From assembly GCA_950097015.1 (NCBI GenBank), contig CATNEN010000038.1, positions 33,852,001 through 33,916,000 of the forward strand: a stretch of 64,000 nucleotides of DNA. Reading direction: 5' to 3'. How positions within the stretch are numbered: the first letter of the stretch is position 1; the number at the start of each line of letters is the position of its first letter. This document shows positions 1 to 11,900 of this stretch, piece by piece. The translations under genes and the position numbers were made by a program. The stretch is from Macrostomum hystrix. Taxonomy: Eukaryota; Animalia; Platyhelminthes. The notes under the pieces are model-generated. The model had not been told where the DNA came from and did not search any database. It worked only from the letters and a program-made list of their open reading frames with translations.

Positions 1-1450
1 AAACACTGTACAAACCAGCCTAACTTCCAAACACTGTACAAACCAGCCTACCTTACAAACACTGTACAAACCAGCCTAACTTCCAAACACTGTACAAACT
101 AGCCTAACTTCCAAACACTGTACAAGCCAGCCCACCTTCCGAACACTGTACAAACCAGCCTAACTTCCAAACACTGTACAAGCCAGCCTACCTTACAAAC
201 ACTGTACAAACCAGCCTAACTTCCAAACACTGTACAAACCAGCCTACCTTACAAACACTGTACAAACCAATCCAGATCCGTACACTGTACAAACTAGCCT
301 AACTTCCAAACACTGTACAAACCAGCCTAACTTCCAAACACTGTACAAACCAGCCTACCTTACAAACACTGTACAAACCAATCCAGATCCGTACACTGTA
401 CAAACTAGCCTAACTTCCAAACACTGTACAAACTAGCCTAACTTCCAAACACTGTACAAACCAGCCTAACTTCCAAACACTGTACAAACTAGCCTAACTT
501 CCAAACACTGTACAAGCCAGCCCACCTTCCGAACACTGTACAAACCAGCCTAACTTCCAAACACTGTACAAACCAGCCTAACTTCCAAACACTGTACAAA
601 CCAGCCTAACTTCCAAACACTGTACAAACCAGCCTACCTTACAAACACTGTACAAACCAGCCTAACTTCCAAACACTGTACAAACTAGCCTAACTTCCAA
701 ACACTGTACAAGCCAGCCCACCTTCCGAACACTGTACAAACCAGCCTAACTTCCAAACACTGTACAAGCCAGCCTACCTTACAAACACTGTACAAACCAG
801 CCTAACTTCCAAACACTGTACAAACCAGCCTACCTTACAAACACTGTACAAACCAATCCAGATCCGTACACTGTACAAACTAGCCTAACTTCCAAACACT
901 GTACAAACCAGCCTAACTTCCAAACACTGTACAAACTAGCCTAACTTCCAAACACTGTGCAAACTAGCCTAACTTCCAAACACTGTACAAACCAGCCTAC
1001 CTTACAAACACTGTACAAACCAGCCTACCTTACAAACACTGTACAAACCAGCCTACCTTACAAACACTGTACAAACCAATCCAGATCCGTACACTGTACA
1101 AACTAGCCTAACTTCCAAACACTGTACAAACCAGCCTAACTTCCAAACACTGTACAAACTAGCCTAACTTCCAAACACTGTGCAAACTAGCCTAACTTCC
1201 AAACACTGTACAAACCAGCCTACCTTACAAACACTGTACAAACCAGCCTACCTTACAAACACTGTACAAACCAGCCTACCTTACAAACACTGTACAAACC
1301 AATCCAGATCCGTACACTGTACAAACTAGCCTAACTTCCAAACACTGTACAAACCAATCCAGATCCGTACACTGTACAAACCAGCCTACCTTACAAACAC
1401 TGTACAAACCAATCCAGATCCGTACACTGTACAAACCAGACCACATCCAC
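1..1450. repeat. 28-bp minisatellite (AAACACTGTACAAACCAGCCTAACTTCC and variants), intronic upstream of the PPIG-like exon
   Basis: Direct tandem repetition from the window start. Variant units CCTACCTTAC, AATCCAGATCCGT and CCCACCTTCCG recur. The array decays by ~1450-1540. Confidence 0.97.
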
Positions 1451-1570
1451 AAATTGTACAAACCAGCCCACATCTGTACAACAGCCCCCCTCCGTACATT
1501 GCACAAACCAGCCACCTTCGACACACTGTACAAAGCATCCTGTACATCCTCAAACCCGTCTGCTCTCAAG

Positions 1571-4500
1571 CGCTATCGCGGCTTTTCTCAATCGGCTTCG
1601 TCTGGCGACGATACGCCGCCACATTGGAAGGCAGCTTCGCGGGGCATCAAAAAAATGACAGACGATGATTGGCGTCAGTTTCAACGCAATCGCGAATCAG
1701 CAGCTGTCATTGCGTCTGCGTGAGTACTATATTCCTGCCAATTTAACAGTAGGACTACCAAGCCATTTTGCCGCCCGTTTTTATACCAAGGGGGGAATTC
1801 CCCCCCCGACAATTTTTTTGCTGCACCCGAACGGAACAATGCAAGCACACGAAACTCAAGAACACGGACCAACTTTTTGTTGCGCATCTTCTGAAACAAG
1901 AAACAAGTCGCCAGCTCGATCTTCAGACCGTCGAGATATTCAATGTTTCTGGCCGAAGGTCCGATTTTTCCCATAAGAGCTAGTGTATTTTATACACCCC
2001 AATACACAAATTTGCACTGCGCCTCAGTGCGGCCTTTCCAGACCTTCAAACTTTATCAGCATGTCACCCGAATGTGCTTGCATCATCTCCGACTTCGGCG
2101 GTCACCGACCTTTATCTAGACGGAGCTGCTGGACCTTCAACAAGTGGCACCAGCCGACTATGGAGTCCCTAAAGCGAATTTCTCTACTTTCGCTGATCAA
2201 GCCTCGACATTGGGCAACACTCAACTACTTTACATGCTCCTCTAGTCCGTCAACCAATCAGTCACCACCCGGCGACTTGTTTCTTGTTTCAGAAGATGCG
2301 CAACAAAAAGTTGGTCCGTGTTCTTGAGTTTCGTGTGCTTGCATTGTTCCGTTCGGGTGCAGCAAAAAAATTGTAGGGGGGGGGGAATCCCCCCCTTGGT
2401 AGTTGATAGTTCTACTGTTAATAAATGTGACTTCTATTTGGTCCTCACTGCGTCGTCCATTCCTTCAGTTCCGACAGGGCAGAATCTAAACCCGGTGCGA
2501 AAGCTGCTGCTATTAACAATCACAGCAAATCGCCTTCCCAGCAGCAGCAGCAGCAGCAGCGACAGCGTCAGGCCTCTGCGGCCTCAGAAAATGATAGTTT
2601 AAAATCGATTGAAGAGCCCAACATTGTCCTGTTGGAGCAGAATTACGATTCGGACATTTTGGAGATTCTAGCACCCACGGACACTAAACGAAGGTTTGGC
2701 CCTATTAAAGTTAAAGCATTGTTCTTTAAACTTTAAGTTGTAAAAAATATGTTTCGAAATGTCCTAGCAGGACAGTTTCTTAGAAAAGTAGCAAAATGAT
2801 TTTTCTAGAATCGTAGCATGATGCTTTTCCTGGAATCGTTGCAAAATGCTTTCCTGGAATTGGTGCAAAAATGCTTTTCCTACGAGCGTAGGATCGTAGA
2901 ATCGTAGTAATATGCTTCTCCTTTTCGTAGGACCATATCTAGTTAGTTTCCTAGAATCGTAGCGCAGGATATTTTGCTAGACCACTGAGCGTATCTCATC
3001 CTAATTCTTACTTCAATCATTCATTCGCAGAAATCGGGATCTTGACTTAAGCGACGAAGAGCCATCAACGCCTGCAGCTCGGGCTGACAATGCCGCTGCT
3101 GAAAGTATTGAAGTAGTCAATATAAACACAGACCCAACTGCAGAATCCGATGCCGCTTCTCCGGCAAGTAAACGGCTTCGTCGACATAGCGGCGAAGATT
3201 CTCGTGGCGACAAAGCGAATTCGCCTCGCGTCGTAGATCTCGATGGGAGCCGCAGCCAGGCGTCCGATGGGGCAGAGGAGCTGCGTCGAGTAATTCGACG
3301 ATCAAAGCCGGCTGACAAAGAAAATCTGGCGGAGTCCGCCTCGGCTGCCAAGCGAGCTCGCCGATCTTCGCCACCAAATCAAGAGCGTCGGCTGGTGTCA
3401 ATTGATCGTCGGCGTAGATCGTCGAAATCTCCTGATGCTTCGCCGGATAAGTTGCCGGATAAGTTGCCTCATCGCCGATCCAGTAAGGATCGGTCAAGGG
3501 TGTCGTATGAACAACATACGTCCGATCGCATTATGAAGTCCTCGATCGAGTGCAGAAATAAATCTCCGGAAGATCGGCTTCGCAGGCCTTCAAACAATCG
3601 CGCTAGGTCGCCAATGGACCGCAGTAGAAAGTCGCCAGTAGAGCGGCGAGTTATTTCTGGTATTGTTAGGCGCAAATCGCCTATTAATGAGCTAGAAAAA
3701 TCTCCGAACAAACTTCGAAAGTCGTCAACAGATTATAGAATGTCGCGAGATGAGCTGCGAACAGTAATTGAACGTCGAAAATCACCGGCCGATCTGCGCA
3801 GCTCGCTTATTGCTGGCCGAAAATCACCAGTTGAAAGACGGGAGCCACAGGCTGAGAGACACGAACCGCCTGTTGAAAGACGTAAATCACCGGTCGAAAG
3901 GCGCAAATCACTGCTTGAGAGTCGCAAGTCACCGGTCGAAAGACGTAAATCACCTGTAGAGAGTCGCAAATCACCATTTGAAAGACGTAAGTCACCGTTT
4001 GAAAGACGTAAGTCACCGTTTGAGAGACGCAAGTCACCGGTCGAAAGACGTAAATCTCCGGTCGAAAGGCGTAAATCACCTGTTGAGAGACGCATATCAC
4101 CACTTGAAAGACGTAAATCACCTGTTGAGAGAAGTAAGTCACCGGTTAATGATAGACGCAATTCACCAGTTGAGAGACAAAAATCACCAGTTGAGAGACA
4201 AAAATCACCGGTTGAGCGACGTAAATCACCGGTCGAAAGACGTAAATCACCGGTTGAGAGACGCAAGTCACCGGTTGAGAGACGCAAGTCACCGGTTGAG
4301 AGACGCAAATCACCGGTTGATGATAGACGCAAGTCACCGGTTGAGAGACGCAAGTCACCGGTTGAGAGACGCAAGTCACCGGTTGAGAGACGCAAGTCAC
4401 CGGTTGAGAGACGCAAGTCACCGGTTGAGAGACGCAAATCACCGGTTGATGATAGACGCAAGTCACCGGTTGAGAGACGCAAGTCACCGGTTGAGAGACG

Positions 4501-6004
4501 CAAGTCACCGGTTGAGAGACGCAAATCACCGGTTGATGATAGACGCAAGTCACCGGTTGAGAGACGCAAATCACCGGTTGATGATAGACGCAAGTCACCG
4601 GTTGAGAGACGCAATTCACCTTTTGAGAGGCGCAATTCACCTTTTGAGAGGCGCAAGTCACCGTTTGATAATAGACGCAAGTCGCCGGTGGAGAGACGCA
4701 AGTCACCGGCTGATTATAGACGCAAGTCACCTGTTGAGAGACGCAAGTCACCGGCAGATTATAGACGCAAGTCACCTGTTGAGAGACGCAAGTCACCGGC
4801 TGATTATAGACGCAAGTCACCTGTTGAGAGACGCAAGTCACCGGTTGAGAGACGCAAGTCACCGGTTGAGAGACGCAAGTCACCGGTTGAGAGACGCAAG
4901 TCACCTGTTGAGAGACGCAAGTCACCGGTGGAGCGACGCAAATCTCCCGTCAAACGTCGATCTAGCTCTCCGATCAATCACGCCAGGGGTGACTCGCCCG
5001 AACCTAGTCGCAAAAGGTCCCCAATCGGTCGCAGATCACCGGATAATCGCAGAAAGCGATCTAATGAGCCTCGAAAATCGCCAGCTCGGCGACGTAAATC
5101 GCCTTTTAATCGACGTAGCAGATCCCCTGTTGGTCGAAGGAATTCTGGAGAACGGCGCAGGTCACCCAATGAGCGAATTAAGTCGCCGGCCGCAGATCGC
5201 TGGAGATCACCTGTTAATCGTCCTAGGTTGTCAGCTAATCGCACTAAGTCACCAGTCGATCGTCGAAGGTCACCGGCAAATCGTCGACGGTCGCCAGTTG
5301 TTCGCCGTAGATCATCGATTGATCGACGCAGATCCCGATCTCCCATTGAGCGTCGAGGATCTCCGATCAATCGCCGTAGGTCGCCAGTAAATCGTCGAAG
5401 ATCGCCACTCGATCGTGGTAGAAAATCTCCGGTTTCTCGCCGAAGATCTCCAACTGACAGTGGCCAAAGACGTCGCAAAGTGTCATCTGATGCTGCGAAG
5501 GAAAAACGAAAGCGCGAAAAATCTTCTTCATCCTCGACTTCGGATTCCTCCGCTTCTTCTTCAGCGTCTTCAGTTTCAGCGAAGGCCAAAAATCGAACAG
5601 CCAAGCCGAATGCCAAACCCACTCCCAAGCGCATGCTTAATCGACGCAAAAATTCTACTAGCTCCTCATCTTCGTCCTCGTCGACATCTTCGGCGTCGCG
5701 TCGTTCTTCATCCTCGGCATCTTCTTCCTCGTCGAAGTCGTCTTCAGCTTCATCTTCATCCGGCAGCAGCGACGGTTCCGGCAGCGACGACAACGACGGC
5801 TCGTCTGGTTCGTCGAGCTCTTCGACATCGTCAGAGGCAAAGCGTCGGGCCGAACGGTTCCGTCACGGACGTCGTCAACAGAAGCAGACGCGCAACGAGA
5901 ATAATAGCCTGTCTGGTAGAGATCGCAAGACTAACACACGCCACTGGCTCGATAAGCAGGGTTCCACTGCCAACGGTGTAAAGCAAGACGATAAGAAAGC
6001 TTAG
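1571..6004 (+). CDS. PPIG: 3' portion of an SR-rich cyclophilin (PPIG/NKTR-like); exons 1571-1719, 2469-2693, 3031-6004; 5' exons incl. any PPIase domain lie outside the window
   Basis: Phase-consistent AG/GT sites (phases 2, 2) join RYRGFSQSASSGDDTPPHWK to the long Arg/Ser/Pro-rich ORF ending TAG at 6004. RYR...TPPHW resembles the conserved RYRTPSRS...ETPPHWR motif of PPIG/NKTR. The orthology rests on this short motif plus the RS tail; the cyclophilin domain is not visible. Confidence 0.6.
1747..2417. mobile_element. MITE / non-autonomous DNA transposon, CAGTAG...CTACTG termini flanked by TTAA, ~130-bp internal inverted repeats
   Basis: 1784-1912 is a near-perfect reverse complement of 2271-2401. 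Outer ends TTAACAGTAGGACTACCAA (1743-1761) and TTGATAGTTCTACTGTTAA (2403-2421) match as inverted repeats. The element lies inside intron 1720-2468. Confidence 0.85.
2760..2985. repeat. Degenerate ~25-bp tandem repeat (TTTTCCTAGAATCGTAGCA-like) in intron 2694-3030
   Basis: Recurrent TTTCC/TAGAATCGTAG motifs. Confidence 0.55.
3820..4950 (+). repeat. Coding 21/24-bp minisatellite (GAGAGACGCAAGTCACCGGTT) encoding ~50 RRKSPVE / RRKSPVDD / RRKSPADY units
   Basis: In-frame tandem repeat within the 3031-6004 exon. Unit lengths are multiples of 3. Confidence 0.95.
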
Positions 6005-6354
6005 AGAAAGCTTGTTTTATTCTTTGCTGGTCAACTAATGGGTGTCTTCTTTACAATCCTGAATTAAAGACAAGATCCTTCAATGTATTCTAAATTTTCT
6101 GAGATTTCCTTACATTGTATTCCTTACATCCTTACATTAGTCTCGAAATTTTCAATACTTTATAAGATTTTATAAATAGGAATTACGAAACGTTTGGGTT
6201 GTGATTCCTAGATTGAAAAAAATTCCTGAATTAAGGGTCGATATTTTTTAAGAGTTAATCATATTTTTTTCTCCGGGATTGCTTTTTATTGGGATATCCC
6301 TATGTTAAAAAATTCCGTTTTCCGGATTAAAAACTGTGATTTCTAGTTTACGGA

Positions 6355-7140
6355 AATTGGGATTTTCGTACCTTAGAATCGGGTTCCTGCACTTCAAAAT
6401 CGAAATTTCCGGATTTTAGAGTCGGGATTTCCCAGGCTTTGGAATCGGGATTTCCGTACCTTATAATCGGGATTTCCCAAGCTTTGGAATCTGGATTTCT
6501 GGATTTTTGAGTCGGGTTTTAACAGGCTTTGGAATCGGGATTCCTGCACTTTAGAATCGGGATTTTCGGATTTTAGAATCAAGATTTCCCAGGCTTTGGA
6601 ATTGGGATTTCCGTACCTTATAATCGGGATTTCCCAAGCTTTGGAATCGGGATTTCCGTACCTTATAATCGAGATTTCCCAAGCTTTGGAATAGGGATTT
6701 CCGTACCTTATAATCGGGATTTCCCAAGCTTTGGAATAGGGATTTCCGTACCTTATAATCGGGATTTCCCAAGCTTTGGAATAGGGATTTCCGTACCTTA
6801 TAATCGGGATTTCCCAGGCTTTGGAATCGGGATTTCCGTACCTTATAATCGGGATTTCCCAAGCTTTGGAATAGGGATTTTCGTACCTTATAATCGGGAT
6901 TTCCCAAGCTTTGGAATAGGGATTTCCGTACCTTATAATCGGGATTTCCCAAGCTTTGGAATAGGGATTTCCGTACCTTATAATCGGGATTTCCCAAGCT
7001 TTGGAATAGGGATTTCCGTACCTTATAAGCGGGATTTCCCAAGCTTTGGAATAGGGATTTCCGTACCTTATAATCGGGATTTCCCAAGCTTTGGAATCGG
7101 GATTCCTGCACTTTAGGGTTTGGAATCAGGATTTCCCAGA
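6355..7140. repeat. 45-bp minisatellite (GGGATTTCCGTACCTTATAATCGGGATTTCCCAAGCTTTGGAATA), a dimer of ~22/23-bp subunits
   Basis: Direct tandem repetition; 15-aa periodicity in the spurious minus-strand ORFs. Confidence 0.95.
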
Positions 7141-8289
7141 GCTTAGATGAAAGAAAAAATGTCTAATATTGCGCTCAAAAAGCACTTATTGTGCGAGTTG
7201 AACTTTGTTGCAGTGACTGAGTGAATACGATAGCATTTATTATTGAGTTGTTCCACTGCACAAGTCCAAATAAGTAAGGCATTGTTTGCAAGTAATCTTT
7301 TGTACTGTATTTTGTTTACCTGAAGGCGTGCTAATAAGTTTTGAACGGTTACTTATAGTAGAGTCGATCGCATTATCAACGCGAAATTTATGCGAGCCTG
7401 CGATTTTTATCTGTCTATTGCCTCCTAAATATCTAAACAACTTTTTGTAAGAAGGGGATTGAAAATAAATTAAAAACGTACTGTACTCACTTTTCTACAT
7501 TCTGTGCCTACGTGTTGAACATTTGTTGTTCAGCCATTTTGTACTAGTGTTTCGCATGGTCAGTCAAATGAAATTTTATGTCACATAATGTAGTATAATG
7601 GCCTGTACCCTTCACCCAGTTTTGTTAATTACATTTTTATCTGCTAATTTCTCTTTTTCATTGAATAAAATATTATGTAATAATTAGGCAGTAAGTTTCT
7701 CACTTACCTATGTTCGAGCTAGTTAACCATACTACTGTTTTTGTTCTTATATAGTAGCATATAATAAAAATAATCCCGCTTATAAACAACAAAACATTCT
7801 GTCATGTACGTTTGATTACATGCTTTGGCAGCAAATGATGATGACAATTAAATATTTGTTTTCACAGTTAAATATCGACTACTAATGGTTAATAAAGCAA
7901 CTTTAACAGTAGCGTCATATATATTGTAGCTACGCCCGGTTTGTTTTTTGCTAATTTTATATTTGTCGCGTTTTCATTTTTCAAACCAACTATTATAGTT
8001 CAACTTGTAATATAATCGATTGAACAGTTTTCCAGCTAATTATAGGTTCTCTAGGTTCAGTTGAGAACAATTTGAGCTTATATTTTCCTTTGTATAGAAT
8101 CTGGAGATATCCCTGACACTTGAATTGGCAAATATTGGATTTCCTTTAAGCTACAGTCGAGATTAGATAAACAGTGCCAAAATTTAGTCTGTCCATGCTT
8201 AATCATCGAAATTACAGATTGCTTCAAAACAGCATATATTATTGTTTATGATTTGGCTTTTTAAGAGTTTAGCATCTAAGCAGTGATTA

Positions 8290-8665
8290 AAATCTCGATT
8301 TCCCACTGCTTTAGACTCGGGATTTCCCACTGTTTTGATCAGAGATTTCCACTGTTTTAAAGAAGGATTCCCGACTTTTTTGGACTCGGGATTTCCCACT
8401 GCTTTAGACTCGGGATTTCCCACTGTTTTGATCAGAGATTTCCACTGTTTTAAAGAAGAATTCCAGGCTTTTTTGGACTCGTGATTTCCCTCTGCTTTAG
8501 ACAGGGGTTTTCCACTTTTAAAATCAGAATTTCCCACTGCTTTAGACTCGGAATTCCCCTCTGTTAAGACTCATGATGTCTTACTGTTTTAGATCTGGGA
8601 TTTCCGCTTTTTTATAAAATCAGGATTTCCCTCTACTTTAGACTCAGGATTTCCCACAGTTAAGA
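8290..8665. repeat. Degenerate ~22-23-bp repeat (GGGATTTCCCACTGCTTTAGACTC-like)
   Basis: Recurrent GATTTCCCACTG units; related to the 6355-7140 subunit. Confidence 0.8.
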
Positions 8666-8910
8666 AAATGGATTTCCAAGAATTTAAAATCGTTAAATGC
8701 CACTTTACTTTGACGTATATATAGTTTTGATTTTTATTGCAGACCTAGAATTTTGTAGAATCCGAATATTGCTAATTAGCGATTAGGGATTTCTTTCCTG
8801 TTCGAATCCGTACTCACCTGAGCAGACCGGAGAAATTTTCAATTGAATCTCACGAATTCCAGCAGAGCAGTGACTTACGCACTGATCAACCAGCTTCGAA
8901 AGAAGCCGCC

Positions 8911-11900
8911 ATGTCCGATGCCGCACCGGCGGCTGAACTGGTGGCCGATGGGGCCCAGTTAGTTGAGTCCGGCGTCAGCTGCAAGCAGGCCACGGACAGT
9001 CATTCCACAATGGTGACGGATTTTCGACCGGAAAACTTTTACACCGTCGCATTGGAGGAGATTGCGCTGATGGGCGGCTCGCGCGGCCTATCGTTGGATT
9101 GTCTTTGGCGACGGTTGGCTAGAAGAATTTTGCCTCCGACTGGCGACAGTCGGTCGGCATTGGACGCTAATTATCGAGCGTTTGTACTTGCTGCTCTGGC
9201 TAGGTAAGTAGCTGAAGGACATGTACTTTTAACAGACCTATTTCGTCTGCGCAACTAGGTGCCGCTCTCAGATACCCTCGGGTCTATTGCCGTTCACCAA
9301 CCTCTCTCACCCTTTAACCACCGTCTTTCACTACCGTCTGTCACCCTTCACTACCGTCTGTCACCCTTCACTACCGTCTGTCACCCTTCACTACCGTCTG
9401 TCACCCTTCACTACCGTCTGTCACCCTTCATCAACGACTCTCGCCCTTCACCAACGACTCTCGCCCTTCACCAACGACTCTCGCCCTTCACCAACGACTC
9501 TCGCCATTCGTTCACATTTACCACCATCTTGGAACATTCAACACCCTCTCGGAACCTGACTGTCTAGCTTCTAATCGTACACAGGGCGCCGTCCAGCGAT
9601 TTGGAAGCCTTCGAAGTCACGGAGGGCACCGGTAAAGAAGTCAGCCGTCCGATTTCGTTAGCCAATCTGGCGAATTGCTTACCAGCTGAAGTGCTTCTAG
9701 TAGCTAGCAAATCTATTCGCAGACGCCAGCTGGGTGTTGTTGTTGATGCTGACAAACTGAGTCATGACTGCTGGTCGGTGCTGGAACTGGCTGGCACTGC
9801 CGGCTCAGCTGGCCTGCCTTTGCCTGGCGATGACATCGCTGAAAACGCCACCACCGGCTCAACGCGTCAGAAGTCAATTATTAGACGCCTAGTCCGTCTG
9901 GGCTTGCTGCACGTCGGTAGAATCAATGAACAGCCTTCACATGAGGCTAATTCTGTCGATGGGAATGTCTGTGATAAGAGGCGCTTCTATTGGCTGACTA
10001 GATTCGCTCCGTCCACTAACAGGGCTCCAAAAAGGACGTCTCAAGAGTCCGGTAAGTTGATAATTAATTTTTGTCTAGTTTTCGGTTCCTAACTGATTCA
10101 ATTTCCAAATAATCAAATAGGCATCGAGTTAAAGTTTCTCCACATTTCATCCTTCCTAGATTCCCAGATCCTCATTTCCTGATTCCTAGATTCCCGGATC
10201 CTCATTTTCAATTCCTAGATTCCCGGATCCTCATTTCTTAATTCCAAGATTCCCAGATCCTCATTTCTTAATTCCAAGATTCCCAGATCCTCATTTCTTA
10301 ATTCCTAGATTCCCGGATCTTCGTTTCTTAATTCCAAGATTCCCGGATCCTCATTTCTTAATTCCAAGATTCCCGGATCCTCATTTCTTAATTCCAAGAT
10401 TCCCGGATCCTCATTTCTTAATTCCAAGATTCCCGGATCTTCGTTTCTTAATTCCAAGATTCCCGGATCCTCATTTCTTAATTCCAAGATTCCCGGATCC
10501 TCATTTCTTAATTCCAAGATTCCCGGATCCTCATTTCTTAATTCCAAGATTCCCGGATCCTCATTTCTTAATTCCAAGATTCCCGGATCTTCGTTTCTTA
10601 ATTCCAAGATTCCCGGATCCTCATTTCTTAATTCCAAGATTCCCGGATCCTCATTTCTTAATTCCAAGATTCCCGGATCCTCATTTCTTAATTCCTAGAT
10701 TCCCGGATCTTCGTTTCTTAATTCCAAGATTCCCGGATCCTCATTTCTTAATTCCAAGATTCCCAGATCCTCATTTCTTAATTCCTAGATTCCCGGATCT
10801 TCGTTTCTTAATTCCAAGATTCCCGGATCCTCATTTCTTAATTCCTAGATTCCCGGATCTTCGTTTCTTAATTCCAAGATTCCCGGATCCTCATTTCTTA
10901 ATTCCAAGATTCCCGGATCCTCATTTCTTAATTCCAAGATTCCCGGATCCTCATTTCTTAATTCCAATATTCCCGGATCCTCATTTCTTAATTCCAAGAT
11001 TTCCAGATCCTCATTTCCTAGATTCCAGGATCCTCATTTTTTGAAAGATTTCCTTAAGCCTCTGTGTGCCTATTTAGTAAATCCCAAATCTGTTATTGCT
11101 CCCATATTTTAGTTCCCTAATCCTCTGATTTAAATAATGACACTGGCTACATTGTCAAAAAACGCTTGCAGGCACCGACACGGTAGATAGACTCGGTGGC
11201 TGCTCTCGCAAACGTCTAAAATTATTCGACGAGTCGATACCGCTGCGAACTCAGCTGCTCAAGTGCTTGTCAGACGACACCCCGAGTTCGCCTGATGACT
11301 TAGCTAATAGTTTAGCTTTCGGTTGTCGCTCCTTAGCCGAGGCTCGATCCAGTTTGGCCTGGCTGACCAACCGGCGTCTCTGCTTCAAAGAGTCCGATAT
11401 CAGGTCTGCGTTATTTTAACAATATTAAAGATTTTAAGTTTCGCCATAAAGATAACATCTGAGATTCTCTGTTTTTTATCTATATTAAGAATCGCGATTC
11501 TCCTGCTTCAGGATTGGGATTCTCCTGCCTCAGAATTGGGATTCTCCTGCCTCAGAATTGGTATTCTCCTGCTTCAAAATTGGAATTCTCCTGCTTCAAA
11601 ATTGGAATTCTCATGCTTCAGGATTGGAATTCTACTGGTTCAGAATTAGGATTCTCCTGCTTCAGAAGTGGGATTCTCGAGCTTCAGGATTGGGATTCTC
11701 CTGCTTCAAAGTGGGATTCTCCTGCTTCAGGATTAGTATTCTCCTTACTCAGAATTGGGATTCTCTTGCTTCAGGATTGGGATTCTCCTGCTTCAGGATT
11801 GGGATTCTCCTGCTTCAGGATTGGGATTCTCCTGCTTCAGGATTGGGATTCTCCTGCTTCAAAGTGGGATTCTCCTGCTTCAGAAGTGGGATTCTCCTTA

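Noticed and set aside
1-1450. CRISPR-like appearance of 28-45-bp repeats here and elsewhere
   Set aside because: Units are directly tandem without unique spacers, there are no cas genes, and the context is a spliced eukaryotic genome.
3733-5793. Long alternative-frame and antisense ORFs (3733-4701, 3978-5390, 4146-4925, 4978-5793)
   Set aside because: These are shadows of the stop-poor 21-bp coding repeat and the Ser-rich block; they have no independent splice or domain support.
6424-7090. Many GGGATTTCCC kappa-B-like sites forming an NF-kB enhancer array
   Set aside because: The motif is multiplied passively by tandem amplification; nothing in the sequence shows NF-kB binding or even its presence in this organism.
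6394-7111. Repetitive ORFs in non-coding arrays (also 10305-10667, 11514-12275, 14443-15041, 25933-26763, 59318-59834, 63231-63608)
   Set aside because: These are translations of minisatellites lying in introns or intergenic DNA.
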